Positions 22,917 through 32,495 of a stretch of DNA of 56,885 nucleotides are shown in pieces (positions within the stretch are counted from its first letter, which is position 1; each line of letters begins with the position of its first letter). The stretch comes from an uncultured Collinsella sp. (GTDB lineage Bacteria > Actinomycetota > Coriobacteriia > Coriobacteriales > Coriobacteriaceae), in the NCBI GenBank assembly GCA_900549065.1, contig URNC01000001.1:1-56885 (forward strand), written 5' to 3'. The translations under genes were made by a program, and so were the position numbers. The notes below the pieces were generated by a model. That model was not told where the DNA came from, searched no databases, and saw only the letters and a list, made by a program, of their open reading frames with translations.

Positions 22917-23115
22917 CGACGTGCATTTTTGGGAGTATTCAGCATTGGCATGCCCTGAATGAGGTGCAGAACGACTGTTTTAAGTGCCCCCGATGGCGTA
23001 ATTTGCCATCGGGGGCACTTTTTATGCCGATCGGGCGCTATCTGCGTTCCAAATAGGACGCTGAGGATGGCGCACGGCGCGCTCCAATGCTGAATACTCC
23101 CAAAAATGTACGTCG
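22917..23115. repeat. 199-bp MITE-like element with 32-bp terminal inverted repeats and an internal terminator-like hairpin
   Basis: 22917-22948 and 23084-23115 are inverted repeats with 1 mismatch; internal hairpin at 22982-23020 followed by Ts. Confidence 0.75.
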
Positions 23116-23245
23116 GGACATGACCCACCTGAGCAAAAGCGCTCAAGTTCGGTGTTCGGGGACGCCAACCGGTCCGCAATGCATGCAAGTCACAGCTCCG
23201 GCAACCGTTGAACGGGCAAAACCTACCGTTCACCCCATGGTTGTT

Positions 23246-23298
23246 AGGTGAACGTTCACCTTTTGAGTCGTAATGGATTAGTATGGTGAACGTTCACC
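23246..23298. promoter_or_regulatory. Two GGTGAACGTTCACC operators upstream of uxaC
   Basis: Perfect palindromes at 23246-23261 and 23285-23298. Confidence 0.88.
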
Positions 23299-23351
23299 TA
23301 GAGGATGACGAGCGTATTGTGCGCCCGCTCCGCAAACAAAGGGGTTGTTTG

Positions 23352-24779
23352 ATGAAAAACTTCATGGACGATCAGGATTTCCTGCTGAGCACCAAGACCG
23401 GCGAGGAACTGTTCCACAACTTTGCCGAGGGCATGCCCATCGTCGACTACCACTGCCACATTTCTCCCAAGGAGATTTGGGAGGACAAGCGTTTCGAGAA
23501 CATCACCGAGGTTTGGCTGGGCGGCGACCACTACAAGTGGCGCCTGATGCGTGCCAACGGCGTCGACGAGCGCTTTATCACTGGCGACGCCCCTGCTCGC
23601 GAGAAGTTCCAAAAGTGGGCCGAGACCCTGGGTCGCTGCGTCGGCAACCCCGTCTTTGAGTGGAGCCACCTGGAGCTTAAGCGCTACTTTGGCTACGAGG
23701 GCGTCCTCAACGGCAAGACTGCCCAGGAGGTTTGGGACCTTGCCAACGCCAAGCTCGCCGAGGCTAGCTTTACCTGCCGCAACCTGATCAAGCAGTCCAA
23801 CGTCCGCATGATCTGCACTACCGACGACCCCGCCGACAGCTTTGAGTGGCACAAGAAGATTGCCGCCGACGACAGCTTTGACGTTCAGGTCGTTCCCGCC
23901 ATGCGCCCCGATGCCGCTTTGCGCATCGAGCGCGGCCAGGAGTTTGCCGACTACTGCAAGCACCTTTCCGAGGTTGCCGGCGTTGAGGTCAGCGACTTTG
24001 AGGGCATGAAGGCTGCCATTTCCAAGCGCTACGACGTTGCTCACGAGCTGGGCTGCCGCGCCTCCGACCACGCACTCGACTACGTTATGTACGTCCCGGC
24101 TACCGCCGACGAGATCGAGGCTATCTTTGCCAAGGGTCTGGCTGCCGAGCCGCTTACCGAGGAAGAGGTCCTCAAGTACAAGACTGCCTTTATGCAGTTC
24201 GTTGCCGGCGAGTATGTCCGTCTGGGCTGGGCCATGCAGCTGCACTTTGGCTGCAAGCGCGACAACAACCGCGCCATGTTCGCCAAACTCGGTCCCGACA
24301 CCGGCTACGACTGCATCTCCAACTACACGCCGTCCGACCAGCTCGCCGATTTCCTCAACTCCATCCAGGAGACCTGCGGCCTGCCCAAGACCATCCTGTA
24401 CAGCCTGAACCCCATCGATAACACCATGATCGATACCGTCATGGGTTGCTTCCAGGAGGCTCCGACTGCCGGTAAGATTCAGAACGGCTCCGCCTGGTGG
24501 TTCAACGACAACGAGGTCGGCATGCGCGAGCAGCTTACGGCTCTGGCTAACGAGGGCGTGTTGGGCAACTTTGTGGGCATGCTTACCGATTCCCGCTCCT
24601 TCCTGTCCTATCCGCGCCACGAGTACTTCCGTCGCGTGCTGTGCAGCGTGATCGGCGAGTGGGTCGAGCAGGGCAAGTACCCGGCCGACATGGAGCTGCT
24701 GGGCGAGGTTGTGCGTGACATCAGCTACAACAATGCGGTCCGCTACTTTGGCTTTGACCTGGACACCGACGAGGCCTAA
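23352..24779 (+). CDS. uxaC: Uronate isomerase
   Basis: IVDYHCH, WLGGDHYKWRLMR, CTTDDP, AWWFND and GMLTDSRSFLSYPRHEYFRR motifs. Confidence 0.97.
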   Translation: MKNFMDDQDFLLSTKTGEELFHNFAEGMPIVDYHCHISPKEIWEDKRFENITEVWLGGDHYKWRLMRANGVDERFITGDAPAREKFQKWAETLGRCVGNPVFEWSHLELKRYFGYEGVLNGKTAQEVWDLANAKLAEASFTCRNLIKQSNVRMICTTDDPADSFEWHKKIAADDSFDVQVVPAMRPDAALRIERGQEFADYCKHLSEVAGVEVSDFEGMKAAISKRYDVAHELGCRASDHALDYVMYVPATADEIEAIFAKGLAAEPLTEEEVLKYKTAFMQFVAGEYVRLGWAMQLHFGCKRDNNRAMFAKLGPDTGYDCISNYTPSDQLADFLNSIQETCGLPKTILYSLNPIDNTMIDTVMGCFQEAPTAGKIQNGSAWWFNDNEVGMREQLTALANEGVLGNFVGMLTDSRSFLSYPRHEYFRRVLCSVIGEWVEQGKYPADMELLGEVVRDISYNNAVRYFGFDLDTDEA

Positions 24780-24875
24780 GCCCGCATCGAATCACATCGA
24801 ACTCGGGAGCGCCGTTGCCACACGCGGCGCCCCCGTTTTGCTTGCACGCTAACAGCTATCTAAGGAGAGACACAG

Positions 24876-26390
24876 ATGGAGAACATCAGCTACGATGCGC
24901 TCGAGAAGATCGGCTACAAGGGCTACCTGCTGCCCAAGGACGCTCCCGAGAAGGTCCTGCAGTTTGGCGAGGGCAATTTCCTGCGCGCCTTCGTCGACCG
25001 CTTCTTTGACATGGGCAACGAGGCCACCGGCTGGAACGGCAAGGTCGTCATGGTGCAGCCCATCAGTGGCGCCTTTGGCTTTGCCGACGGTATCAATGCC
25101 CAGGACGACCTGTACACCGTGCTGGTGCGCGGCAAGGAGAACGGGAACACGGTTGACGAGTCCCGCGTGATCAGCGCTTGCAGCCGCTGCCTGAACCCGT
25201 ATCGTGAGGACGACTACCGTGCCATGATGGAGGTCGCTGTCTCCGACGACCTAGAGATCATCGTCTCCAACACCACCGAGGCCGGTATCGCCTATGACCC
25301 GTCCTGCAAGGCCGACGACATGCCACCCGCGAGCTTCCCCGCCAAGCTTGCCCAGGTGCTCCACACCCGCTGGGCTGCCGGTAAGCCGGGCGTCATCGTC
25401 CTCGCCTGCGAGCTCATCGATCACAACGGCGAGGAGTTGCTGCGCATCATGAACCAGTATGTGAGCGACTGGGGCTGGGAGGACGAGTTTGCGCAGTGGA
25501 TGGCCAACGACTGCACCGTCTGCACCACGCTCGTCGACACCATCGTCCCCGGCCGCATCCGCGATCCTAAGGAGGCCACGGCGGTTGCCGAGCGTCTGGG
25601 CTACGAGGATCCCTTCCTGGCCGTGCGCGAGCCCTTCCAGATGTGGGGCATCCAGGGCGACGAGTCGCTTGCCGAGAAGCTTCCCTTTGTGAAGGCTGGT
25701 CTTCCGGGTGTCTTTGTGACTCCCGACGTCACCCCGTACAAAAAGCGCAAGGTCCGCATCCTCAACGGTGCCCATACCGCCTTTGTCCCGGGTTCCTGGG
25801 TTGCCGGCTTTGATATCGTGCGCGACTGCATGCATGACGAGACCATTCGCGGCTTCATGAACACCATGCTCTACGACGAGGTCATTCCGACGCTTGCCGC
25901 CGACTTGGATGTCGAGGACTGCAAGGCCTTTGCCGCCGCCGTCGAAAACCGCTTCGACAACCCGTTTATTGATCATGCGCTGCTCTCCATCTGCCTCAAC
26001 TCCACGGCTAAGTGGCGCGCCCGCGACCTGCCCACGCTCAAGGACTACGTTGCCGAGACCGGCAACCTGCCCAAGTGCCTGGCGACGAGCCTCGCTACGC
26101 TCATCTCCTTCTACACGCAGGAGCTCGTGTCCCGCGAGGGCGACGGCCTGCACCTGCGTCGCTCCGACGGCACCGAGTACACCGCTCAGGACGACGCCTT
26201 CGTACTCGATTTCTACGCCGCCCACGCCGGTGCCGACGATGCCCAGCTGGTGCACGACGTGCTCACCAACGAGCAGATGTGGGGCGAGGACCTTACGCAG
26301 ATCGCAGGTCTTGAGGAGTTTGTCGTCAGCGCGCTCGCCGTCGTGCGTGCCGAGGGCGCCAAGCAGGCCTTCGCCAACGCTCAGGCGTAA
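24876..26390 (+). CDS. uxaB: Tagaturonate reductase (altronate oxidoreductase)
   Basis: QFGEGNFLRAFVD, SNTTEAGI, SFPAKL, KVRILNGAHT and RFDNPFIDH motifs. Confidence 0.95.
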   Translation: MENISYDALEKIGYKGYLLPKDAPEKVLQFGEGNFLRAFVDRFFDMGNEATGWNGKVVMVQPISGAFGFADGINAQDDLYTVLVRGKENGNTVDESRVISACSRCLNPYREDDYRAMMEVAVSDDLEIIVSNTTEAGIAYDPSCKADDMPPASFPAKLAQVLHTRWAAGKPGVIVLACELIDHNGEELLRIMNQYVSDWGWEDEFAQWMANDCTVCTTLVDTIVPGRIRDPKEATAVAERLGYEDPFLAVREPFQMWGIQGDESLAEKLPFVKAGLPGVFVTPDVTPYKKRKVRILNGAHTAFVPGSWVAGFDIVRDCMHDETIRGFMNTMLYDEVIPTLAADLDVEDCKAFAAAVENRFDNPFIDHALLSICLNSTAKWRARDLPTLKDYVAETGNLPKCLATSLATLISFYTQELVSREGDGLHLRRSDGTEYTAQDDAFVLDFYAAHAGADDAQLVHDVLTNEQMWGEDLTQIAGLEEFVVSALAVVRAEGAKQAFANAQA

Positions 26391-26471
26391 ATTTCCGGCG
26401 CAGACGCGGGCGCGGGACGGCGTGCCCGCGTCTCGACTTCTGCTCAACCTGTAGGGTTAGGACCATTTGCA

Positions 26472-27956
26472 ATGAACACTATCCAGATCAATCCGGCCGA
26501 CAACGTGATCGTCGCGCTGTCGCCGCTTGCCAAGGGCACCGCCGTCGCGGTTCCCGGGGTGGGCGAGGTCGTGGCCGCGGAGGATATTCCGCAAGGCCAC
26601 AAGATGGCTGTGCGCTCGATTGCCGCCGGCGAGGACGTCATTAAGTACGGCCTTCCTATCGGACACGTGACGGGCGATGTCCAGCCCGGTCAGTGGCTCC
26701 ACACGCACAATGTGAAGACCAACCTTTCGGGCGAGGTCGAGTACACCTACAACCCCACGCATCCGGTCGTTGAGTCGGTTGAGCCCGAGACCTTTATGGG
26801 ATTCCGCCGCGCCGACGGTCGTGCCGCGACGCGCAACGAGCTGTGGATCATCCCCACGGTCGGCTGTGTCAACGAAGTCGCCCGTGCCATGTGCGAGCAG
26901 GCCCAGGATTTGGTCGATGGCTCGCTGGAGGGCGTCTACTACTTCCCGCATCCGTTCGGTTGCTCGCAGACCGGCGCCGACCATGCCCAGACCCGTCGTC
27001 TGCTGGTGGCGCTCTCGCGTCACCCTAATGCGGCCGGCGTGCTGTTCCTGTCGCTCGGTTGCGAGAACTGCACACACCAGCAGGTGCTCGACGAGCTCGG
27101 TGACTTCGATCACGAGCGCGTTCGTTTTCTCACCTGCCAGGATGTAGCCGACGAGCAGATCGAGGGCCACAAGATTCTGGCCGAGCTGGCAGACCTCGCC
27201 AAGCAGGCCAAGCGCGAGCCCATTCCGGCCTCCGAGCTGGTTATTGGACTTAAGTGCGGCGGCTCCGACGGCCTTTCGGGCATTACCGCCAACCCCACGA
27301 TCGGTCGCGTGAGCGATATGGTCGTCGCCCGTGGCGGCACGTCGGTGCTTACCGAGGTGCCCGAGATGTTTGGCGCGGAGAGCATCCTGCTCGACCGTTG
27401 CGAGAACGAGCAGGTCTTTAACGCTGCCTCCGACATGCTCAATGGATTTAAGGACTACTTTATTAGCCACGGCGAGGTCGTTTATGAGAACCCGAGTCCC
27501 GGCAACAAGGACGGCGGTATTACCACGCTCGAGGACAAGAGCTGCGGCTGCGTGCAAAAAGGCGGGTCTGCCCCCATCGTCGACGTGCTGCCGTATGCCG
27601 GCCGGGCAACTAAACACGGCCTGAACATGCTGTGCGGTCCGGGCAACGACATGGTATCCACCACGGCGTTGACGGCTGCCGGCTGCCACGTGATTCTGTT
27701 CTCGACCGGCCGCGGCACACCGTTTGGCGCGCCGGCGCCTACGCTCAAGGTGTTCACCAATCAGCGTCTGTGCGACCACAAGGCCAACTGGATGGACTTT
27801 AACGCCGGCGTGATTGCCACGGGTGAGCGCACGCTCGACGAGGCTGCTCACGATCTATACCAGCTGGTGCTGGAGACGGCGAGCGGTAAACTCACGAGTG
27901 CCGAGCGCCGTGGCTGTCACGAGATCAGTATCTGGAAGGACGGCGTCTGCCTGTAG
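26472..27956 (+). CDS. uxaA: Altronate dehydratase
   Basis: N-terminal SAF domain (GHKMA, HTHNVKT), PTVGCVN, KCGGSDGLSGITANP, ENPSPGNKDGG and FSTGRGTPFG motifs. Confidence 0.95.
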   Translation: MNTIQINPADNVIVALSPLAKGTAVAVPGVGEVVAAEDIPQGHKMAVRSIAAGEDVIKYGLPIGHVTGDVQPGQWLHTHNVKTNLSGEVEYTYNPTHPVVESVEPETFMGFRRADGRAATRNELWIIPTVGCVNEVARAMCEQAQDLVDGSLEGVYYFPHPFGCSQTGADHAQTRRLLVALSRHPNAAGVLFLSLGCENCTHQQVLDELGDFDHERVRFLTCQDVADEQIEGHKILAELADLAKQAKREPIPASELVIGLKCGGSDGLSGITANPTIGRVSDMVVARGGTSVLTEVPEMFGAESILLDRCENEQVFNAASDMLNGFKDYFISHGEVVYENPSPGNKDGGITTLEDKSCGCVQKGGSAPIVDVLPYAGRATKHGLNMLCGPGNDMVSTTALTAAGCHVILFSTGRGTPFGAPAPTLKVFTNQRLCDHKANWMDFNAGVIATGERTLDEAAHDLYQLVLETASGKLTSAERRGCHEISIWKDGVCL

Positions 27957-27991
27957 CGGCAAGTGCGCCCAAGCATAGCGCGATGTCATCG

Positions 27992-28024
27992 GCCCCGTCG
28001 GGAGTGTTCCCGGCGGGGCTTTTT
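27992..28024 (+). terminator. Intrinsic terminator after uxaA
   Basis: GC-rich stem followed by TTTTT. Confidence 0.75.
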
Positions 28025-28058
28025 CGTTTCGTGGTTAAGTGAATATGTTAGAAAATCT

Positions 28059-28233
28059 GATAAACGTTCACCTATCTCATGGCTGTCCAGCATGGCACCT
28101 TTACCAGCAGAAAATAGGTGTGAGGATCTCAATTGTGTCCGTTCAGCGGTAAAAATCGACCGTTCAAGGATATTATTCAAGTGAACGTTCACCTGTCGTA
28201 AGGAATCGCGCATAATCTAACTAAACGTTCACC
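28059..28233. promoter_or_regulatory. Three AACGTTCACC-type operators upstream of the transporter
   Basis: Sites at 28059-28072, 28180-28193 and 28220-28233. Confidence 0.8.
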
Positions 28234-28311
28234 CTGAACGCTGGGCAGACAGATGTCAGTGTGGACTCCAATGTCTTGCTGCAAGACAATCGAGAAAAGA
28301 GAGGGAGCTCG

Positions 28312-29871
28312 ATGACTAATAAGATCGGAAAAAAGCGTAAGATCACATTCTGGACGCGCTTGGGCTTTGGTATGGGCGGTATGCTCAATTCCGGTGCCCT
28401 GACCTTTACGCACAGCTACATGGTGCTGTTCCTGTCCACGGAGTGTGGCCTGTCCGCAGGCGAGGCTGCACTGATCAGCTCGTTTGCCATCTATGTCAAC
28501 GCCATTCTTTGCCCGCTGATGGGCTTTGTGGCCGATAACTTCTATGCCACCAAGATTGGCCGTATCTTTGGTCGTCGTCGTTTCTGGATCTTGCTGGCCA
28601 TCCCGATGATGATCGCCGAGCCGCTCATCTTCGTGGCTACGCCGTTTGGCTTCCCGTACTACTTTGTGCTGTACCTGATCTACAACGTCGCGTACACGTT
28701 CTGCACCGCCAACCTGTCGCCGCTTACCATCGAGATGACCGACGACTTTAAGGAGCGTACGTACCTTACCGGCTACAAGCATCTCTTTGGTAACGCCGCC
28801 GGCTTCCTGATGGCAGCACTCGTCGGCTTTGGCTTTGGCACCTTCGGCGAGACCAACCCGTTTAGCTACTTCATCATCGCTACGATCAACGCTTCGGTCA
28901 TGGCAATCTCGCTGCTCTGCGTGTACCTGTCCACGTGGGAGCACACCCCCGAGGAGGTCGCTCAGGAGAAGATCGAGAGCGTCGGCGAGGGCATCAAGAA
29001 GTTCTTCATCGACGTTATCTCCACCTTCCGCAACAAGTCCTTCCGCAAGGTCCTGTATGCACAGGTCTCCACGAAGCTTGCTGCTGCCTGCTGGTCTGCC
29101 TGCCTGTCCTTCTTCATCGTCTACTGCCTGCAGATTCCTAAGTCCTACGAGTCCGTGATGGAGATGCCTGGCAAGGTCGTCGCTATCGTCTGCACCGCCA
29201 TCTGGGTCGCCCTCATGGCCAAGAAGGGCTTCCACAAGTCTTGGTACCTCGCAAATGTCGGTTGCGCTGCGTGCATCATTGCCTACAACTACTTCGCCTT
29301 TGGTCAGATCAACGGCACCTCCACGGTCGCCATCGCCATGATCGCCTACCCCATCATCTTCGCCATCTGGAAGTTCTTCTACGTCGGCTTCCAGTACCTG
29401 CCCGATGTTCTGCTCAACTACATCCCCGATGTCGATGAACTCATCACCCTGCGTCGTCGCGAGGACATCTACAGCTCCGCGCAGCAGCTCTGCCAGCAGA
29501 TCGCCCAGGCTATCGCCGTCAACGTGTGGGCTATCGTCCTTGCTGCCTCCGGCTTCATTCAAACCGCCGGCAATAGCGACGCCGTGACCCAGCCCGCTAC
29601 CGTGCCTCTGTATATCTGCGGCTACATGATCATCGGCTGCGCCGGCTTCTTCCTGCTTGCGGCCGTCCTTGCCCGCGGCATCAAGATCGACAAGGAGCAG
29701 TGCGACATCCTTTGCGACGAGATTCACCGCGTCAAGGAGGGTGGCAAGATGGCCGACGTCAAGCCCGAGGTCAAGGCGCTTTGCGAGGAGCTCTCCGGCT
29801 TTAAGTACAAGGACTGCTTTGCCCACAACAACGTTGGCTTCCAGGACGGTAGCGTAACCCCCGCCGAGTAA
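28312..29871 (+). CDS. MFS/GPH-family transporter, TogT-like oligogalacturonide permease
   Basis: LMGFVADNF..TKIGRIFGRRRFWILL and IPDVDELIT.RRRE resemble TogT; pectin gene context. Confidence 0.8.
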   Translation: MTNKIGKKRKITFWTRLGFGMGGMLNSGALTFTHSYMVLFLSTECGLSAGEAALISSFAIYVNAILCPLMGFVADNFYATKIGRIFGRRRFWILLAIPMMIAEPLIFVATPFGFPYYFVLYLIYNVAYTFCTANLSPLTIEMTDDFKERTYLTGYKHLFGNAAGFLMAALVGFGFGTFGETNPFSYFIIATINASVMAISLLCVYLSTWEHTPEEVAQEKIESVGEGIKKFFIDVISTFRNKSFRKVLYAQVSTKLAAACWSACLSFFIVYCLQIPKSYESVMEMPGKVVAIVCTAIWVALMAKKGFHKSWYLANVGCAACIIAYNYFAFGQINGTSTVAIAMIAYPIIFAIWKFFYVGFQYLPDVLLNYIPDVDELITLRRREDIYSSAQQLCQQIAQAIAVNVWAIVLAASGFIQTAGNSDAVTQPATVPLYICGYMIIGCAGFFLLAAVLARGIKIDKEQCDILCDEIHRVKEGGKMADVKPEVKALCEELSGFKYKDCFAHNNVGFQDGSVTPAE

Positions 29872-29894
29872 GGCCGACATATCGTCCAAATCAC

Positions 29895-29939
29895 AGGGCC
29901 GTGCCACCGGAATTCCGCCGGCAGGCACGGCCCTTTTTT
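29895..29939 (+). terminator. Terminator-like hairpin between the transporter and GH28
   Basis: AGGGCCGTGCC/GGCACGGCCCT stem followed by a T-run. Confidence 0.65.
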
Positions 29940-29986
29940 AACAGCGTACAATTTGCCTTTAGAGCATCTTTTTGAGGGAGAAATCC

Positions 29987-31582
29987 ATGGAGACGAACGT
30001 TATCTGGCGCAACGCCCGCGCGGCCGTGATCGAGCTTGACGACGGCGGCTACTTTACCTGTGCCGATACGTGGGAGATCTTTGTCAACGACGAGCCCGCT
30101 GGTACCACGAATACGGTCGAGACCTATGTCGACGGCCTGACCCCCGGCAAGCGCAACCTGGTTCGTTTTGTCTGTGGCGAGCGTGAGCTGAGCGTAGGTG
30201 TCACCACGCCGGCTGAGCCCTTTACCATCAACGTTCGCGACTGTGGCGCCAAGGGTGATGCCGAGCACGACGACACCACCAACATCCAGGCTGCCATCAT
30301 GGCCTGCCCCAAGGGCGGCCGCGTGCTGATCCCCGCCGGTAGTTATCGCATCAAGTCCCTCTTCCTTAAGAGCAATATCAACATCGAGCTCGCCGAGGGA
30401 GCGGTGCTGCTGGCCCGCCACGATCGTGCCGCGCTTGCCTACATTCCGGGAACGGTCACGGGCAACGAGGGTGCCGGGTATGCCGGCACCGATATGCTGC
30501 CCCTGGGCCGCTGGGAGGGCGAGAGTTTCTCGACCTACTGTTCTACCTTTACGGGTCTGGACGTGCACGACGTGTGCATCTATGGTCGTGGTGCCATCGA
30601 CGGTCAGACCGATTTTGCCGAGGACAACTGGTGGAACAAGGACTTTAAGAACATCTTCCGTCCCGAGGAGGGCCGCGAGGTCGCCCGTCCGCGCATGATC
30701 TTCCTGTCCGAGTGCCAAAACGTGAGCTTGGCCGGCTTCACCGTCCGCAACAGCCCGGCGTGGAACATCCACCCCATCCTGTGCGAGCACGTCGATGCGC
30801 TCTGCCTGTCCATCGAGGGTCCCAAGAACTCCCACAACACCGACGGCTTCGATCCCGAGAGCTGCGGTTTTGTTCGCATCCTTGGTTGTCAGTTCTCAGT
30901 GGGTGACGACTGCATCGCCATCAAGAGCGGCAAACTGGGCATTGAGCCCGAGCTTCGTCCCGCCACGCACGACGTGCTGATCTCTCACTGCTACATGCAC
31001 GATGGTCACGGCGCCGTGGTCCTGGGGTCCGAGGCTGCCGGCGGCATCAAGGACCTCACCGTGAGCAAGTGCCTCTTTGAACGCACCGACCGCGGCTTGC
31101 GCGTCAAGACCCGCCGCGGGCGCGGCAAGGATGCCGTCAACGAGGGCATTACCTTTGAGCACATTCGCATGGACGAGGTGCTCACGCCCTTCGTGGTCAA
31201 CTCGTTCTACTTCTGCGACAAGGACGGCAAGACCGACTACGTGCAGTCTCGCGAGGCACTGCCCGTCGACGACCGCACGCCCGGCTTTGGTGCCACGACG
31301 TTTTGCGATATCGAGGCCACCAACTGCCATGCTGCCGCGGCCTATATCACGGGTCTGCCCGAGAGCAAGGTGACGCGTCTGATGTTCCAAGACGTTCACG
31401 TGACCTTTGCCGACGATGCCGAGCCCTTTGTCCCGGCCATGGCCTGCGGCGTTGAGCCCATGGTGCGTCAGGGCATTATTGCGCAAAACGTCAAGGTGCT
31501 CGACCTGCAAAATGTGGTAATCGAGGGCCAGGACGGCGAGGAGCTGCAGCTCCAGAACGTCGACAAGGTTGTCCGTTCCTAA
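29987..31582 (+). CDS. GH28 polygalacturonase (probably cytoplasmic, exo-acting)
   Basis: NTDG, GDDCIAIKSG, GHG and RVKT GH28 motifs; no signal peptide visible. Confidence 0.93.
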   Translation: METNVIWRNARAAVIELDDGGYFTCADTWEIFVNDEPAGTTNTVETYVDGLTPGKRNLVRFVCGERELSVGVTTPAEPFTINVRDCGAKGDAEHDDTTNIQAAIMACPKGGRVLIPAGSYRIKSLFLKSNINIELAEGAVLLARHDRAALAYIPGTVTGNEGAGYAGTDMLPLGRWEGESFSTYCSTFTGLDVHDVCIYGRGAIDGQTDFAEDNWWNKDFKNIFRPEEGREVARPRMIFLSECQNVSLAGFTVRNSPAWNIHPILCEHVDALCLSIEGPKNSHNTDGFDPESCGFVRILGCQFSVGDDCIAIKSGKLGIEPELRPATHDVLISHCYMHDGHGAVVLGSEAAGGIKDLTVSKCLFERTDRGLRVKTRRGRGKDAVNEGITFEHIRMDEVLTPFVVNSFYFCDKDGKTDYVQSREALPVDDRTPGFGATTFCDIEATNCHAAAAYITGLPESKVTRLMFQDVHVTFADDAEPFVPAMACGVEPMVRQGIIAQNVKVLDLQNVVIEGQDGEELQLQNVDKVVRS

Positions 31583-31685
31583 CTCGGGTTGATGACCAGG
31601 GCTGCATTGTCGGATAAATCGGCAATGCAGCCCTTGTGCGATACGGCCTGTGCGCTGCGCTACGCATCATGGTGAAAGGGAATAC

Positions 31686-32495
31686 ATGCTCAATAAAACG
31701 ATTCCTGTCGGGGTCGATGGCTCGTCTGCCACGATTACGTCTTATGTTTTTGCCCCGACCGAAGATGCTTATGCTTTAAAACCGCTGCCTGCAGTTGTGG
31801 TCGTGCCAGGAGGCGGCTACGATCACGTTTCGCCGCGCGAAGGCGAGCCGGTAGCGCTCCGTTTGTTGGCGATGGGCTACCAAGCGTTTGTACTGAACTA
31901 TTCGGTTGCTCCGGCTGTCTATCCGCTGGCATTGCAAGAACTCGCGCGGGCGGTCGATACCGTCCGAAGCCATGCGGCAGAGTACTGTGTCGATCCTGAT
32001 CGGATTACGGTCATGGGTTTTTCGGCCGGTGGGCATCTAGTTGGCTTGCTCGGGGCGCTTTGGGACCAACCCTGGCTTGCAGAGTCGATTGCGGCATCGC
32101 CTGAGTCGATTCGGCCTGACACACTTTGCTTGGGCTATCCGGTCGTAAGCTCGGGGGGCTATGCTCATCGTGGTTCATTTGAACACCTAACGGGTGCCGA
32201 TGGCGCTTTGGCTCAAAAGTTGTCGATCGAGAATATGGTGGGCGAGGGCTTCCCCCGTACGTTCTTGTGGCATACCGCCGAGGATGCATCGGTACCAGTT
32301 CAAAATAGCCTCCTTCTTGCGCAGGCTCTTGCCGACCACGGGATTGGCTTTAGCCTACATGTCTTTCCGCATGGAAAGCATGGGGCATCGCTCGCCACGG
32401 CCCTAACGGCATTTAAGGGCTGCGCCGAGCATATTCAGCCACAAGTTCAGGGCTGGCCTGAACAGTTCGTTGCATGGGAGCGTGATGGACGATGA
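31686..32495 (+). CDS. Alpha/beta hydrolase, probable pectin acetylesterase (PaeX-like)
   Basis: PGGGY, GFSAGG nucleophile motif, D.SVP and HG motifs; ATGA overlap with the next gene. Confidence 0.8.
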   Translation: MLNKTIPVGVDGSSATITSYVFAPTEDAYALKPLPAVVVVPGGGYDHVSPREGEPVALRLLAMGYQAFVLNYSVAPAVYPLALQELARAVDTVRSHAAEYCVDPDRITVMGFSAGGHLVGLLGALWDQPWLAESIAASPESIRPDTLCLGYPVVSSGGYAHRGSFEHLTGADGALAQKLSIENMVGEGFPRTFLWHTAEDASVPVQNSLLLAQALADHGIGFSLHVFPHGKHGASLATALTAFKGCAEHIQPQVQGWPEQFVAWERDGR

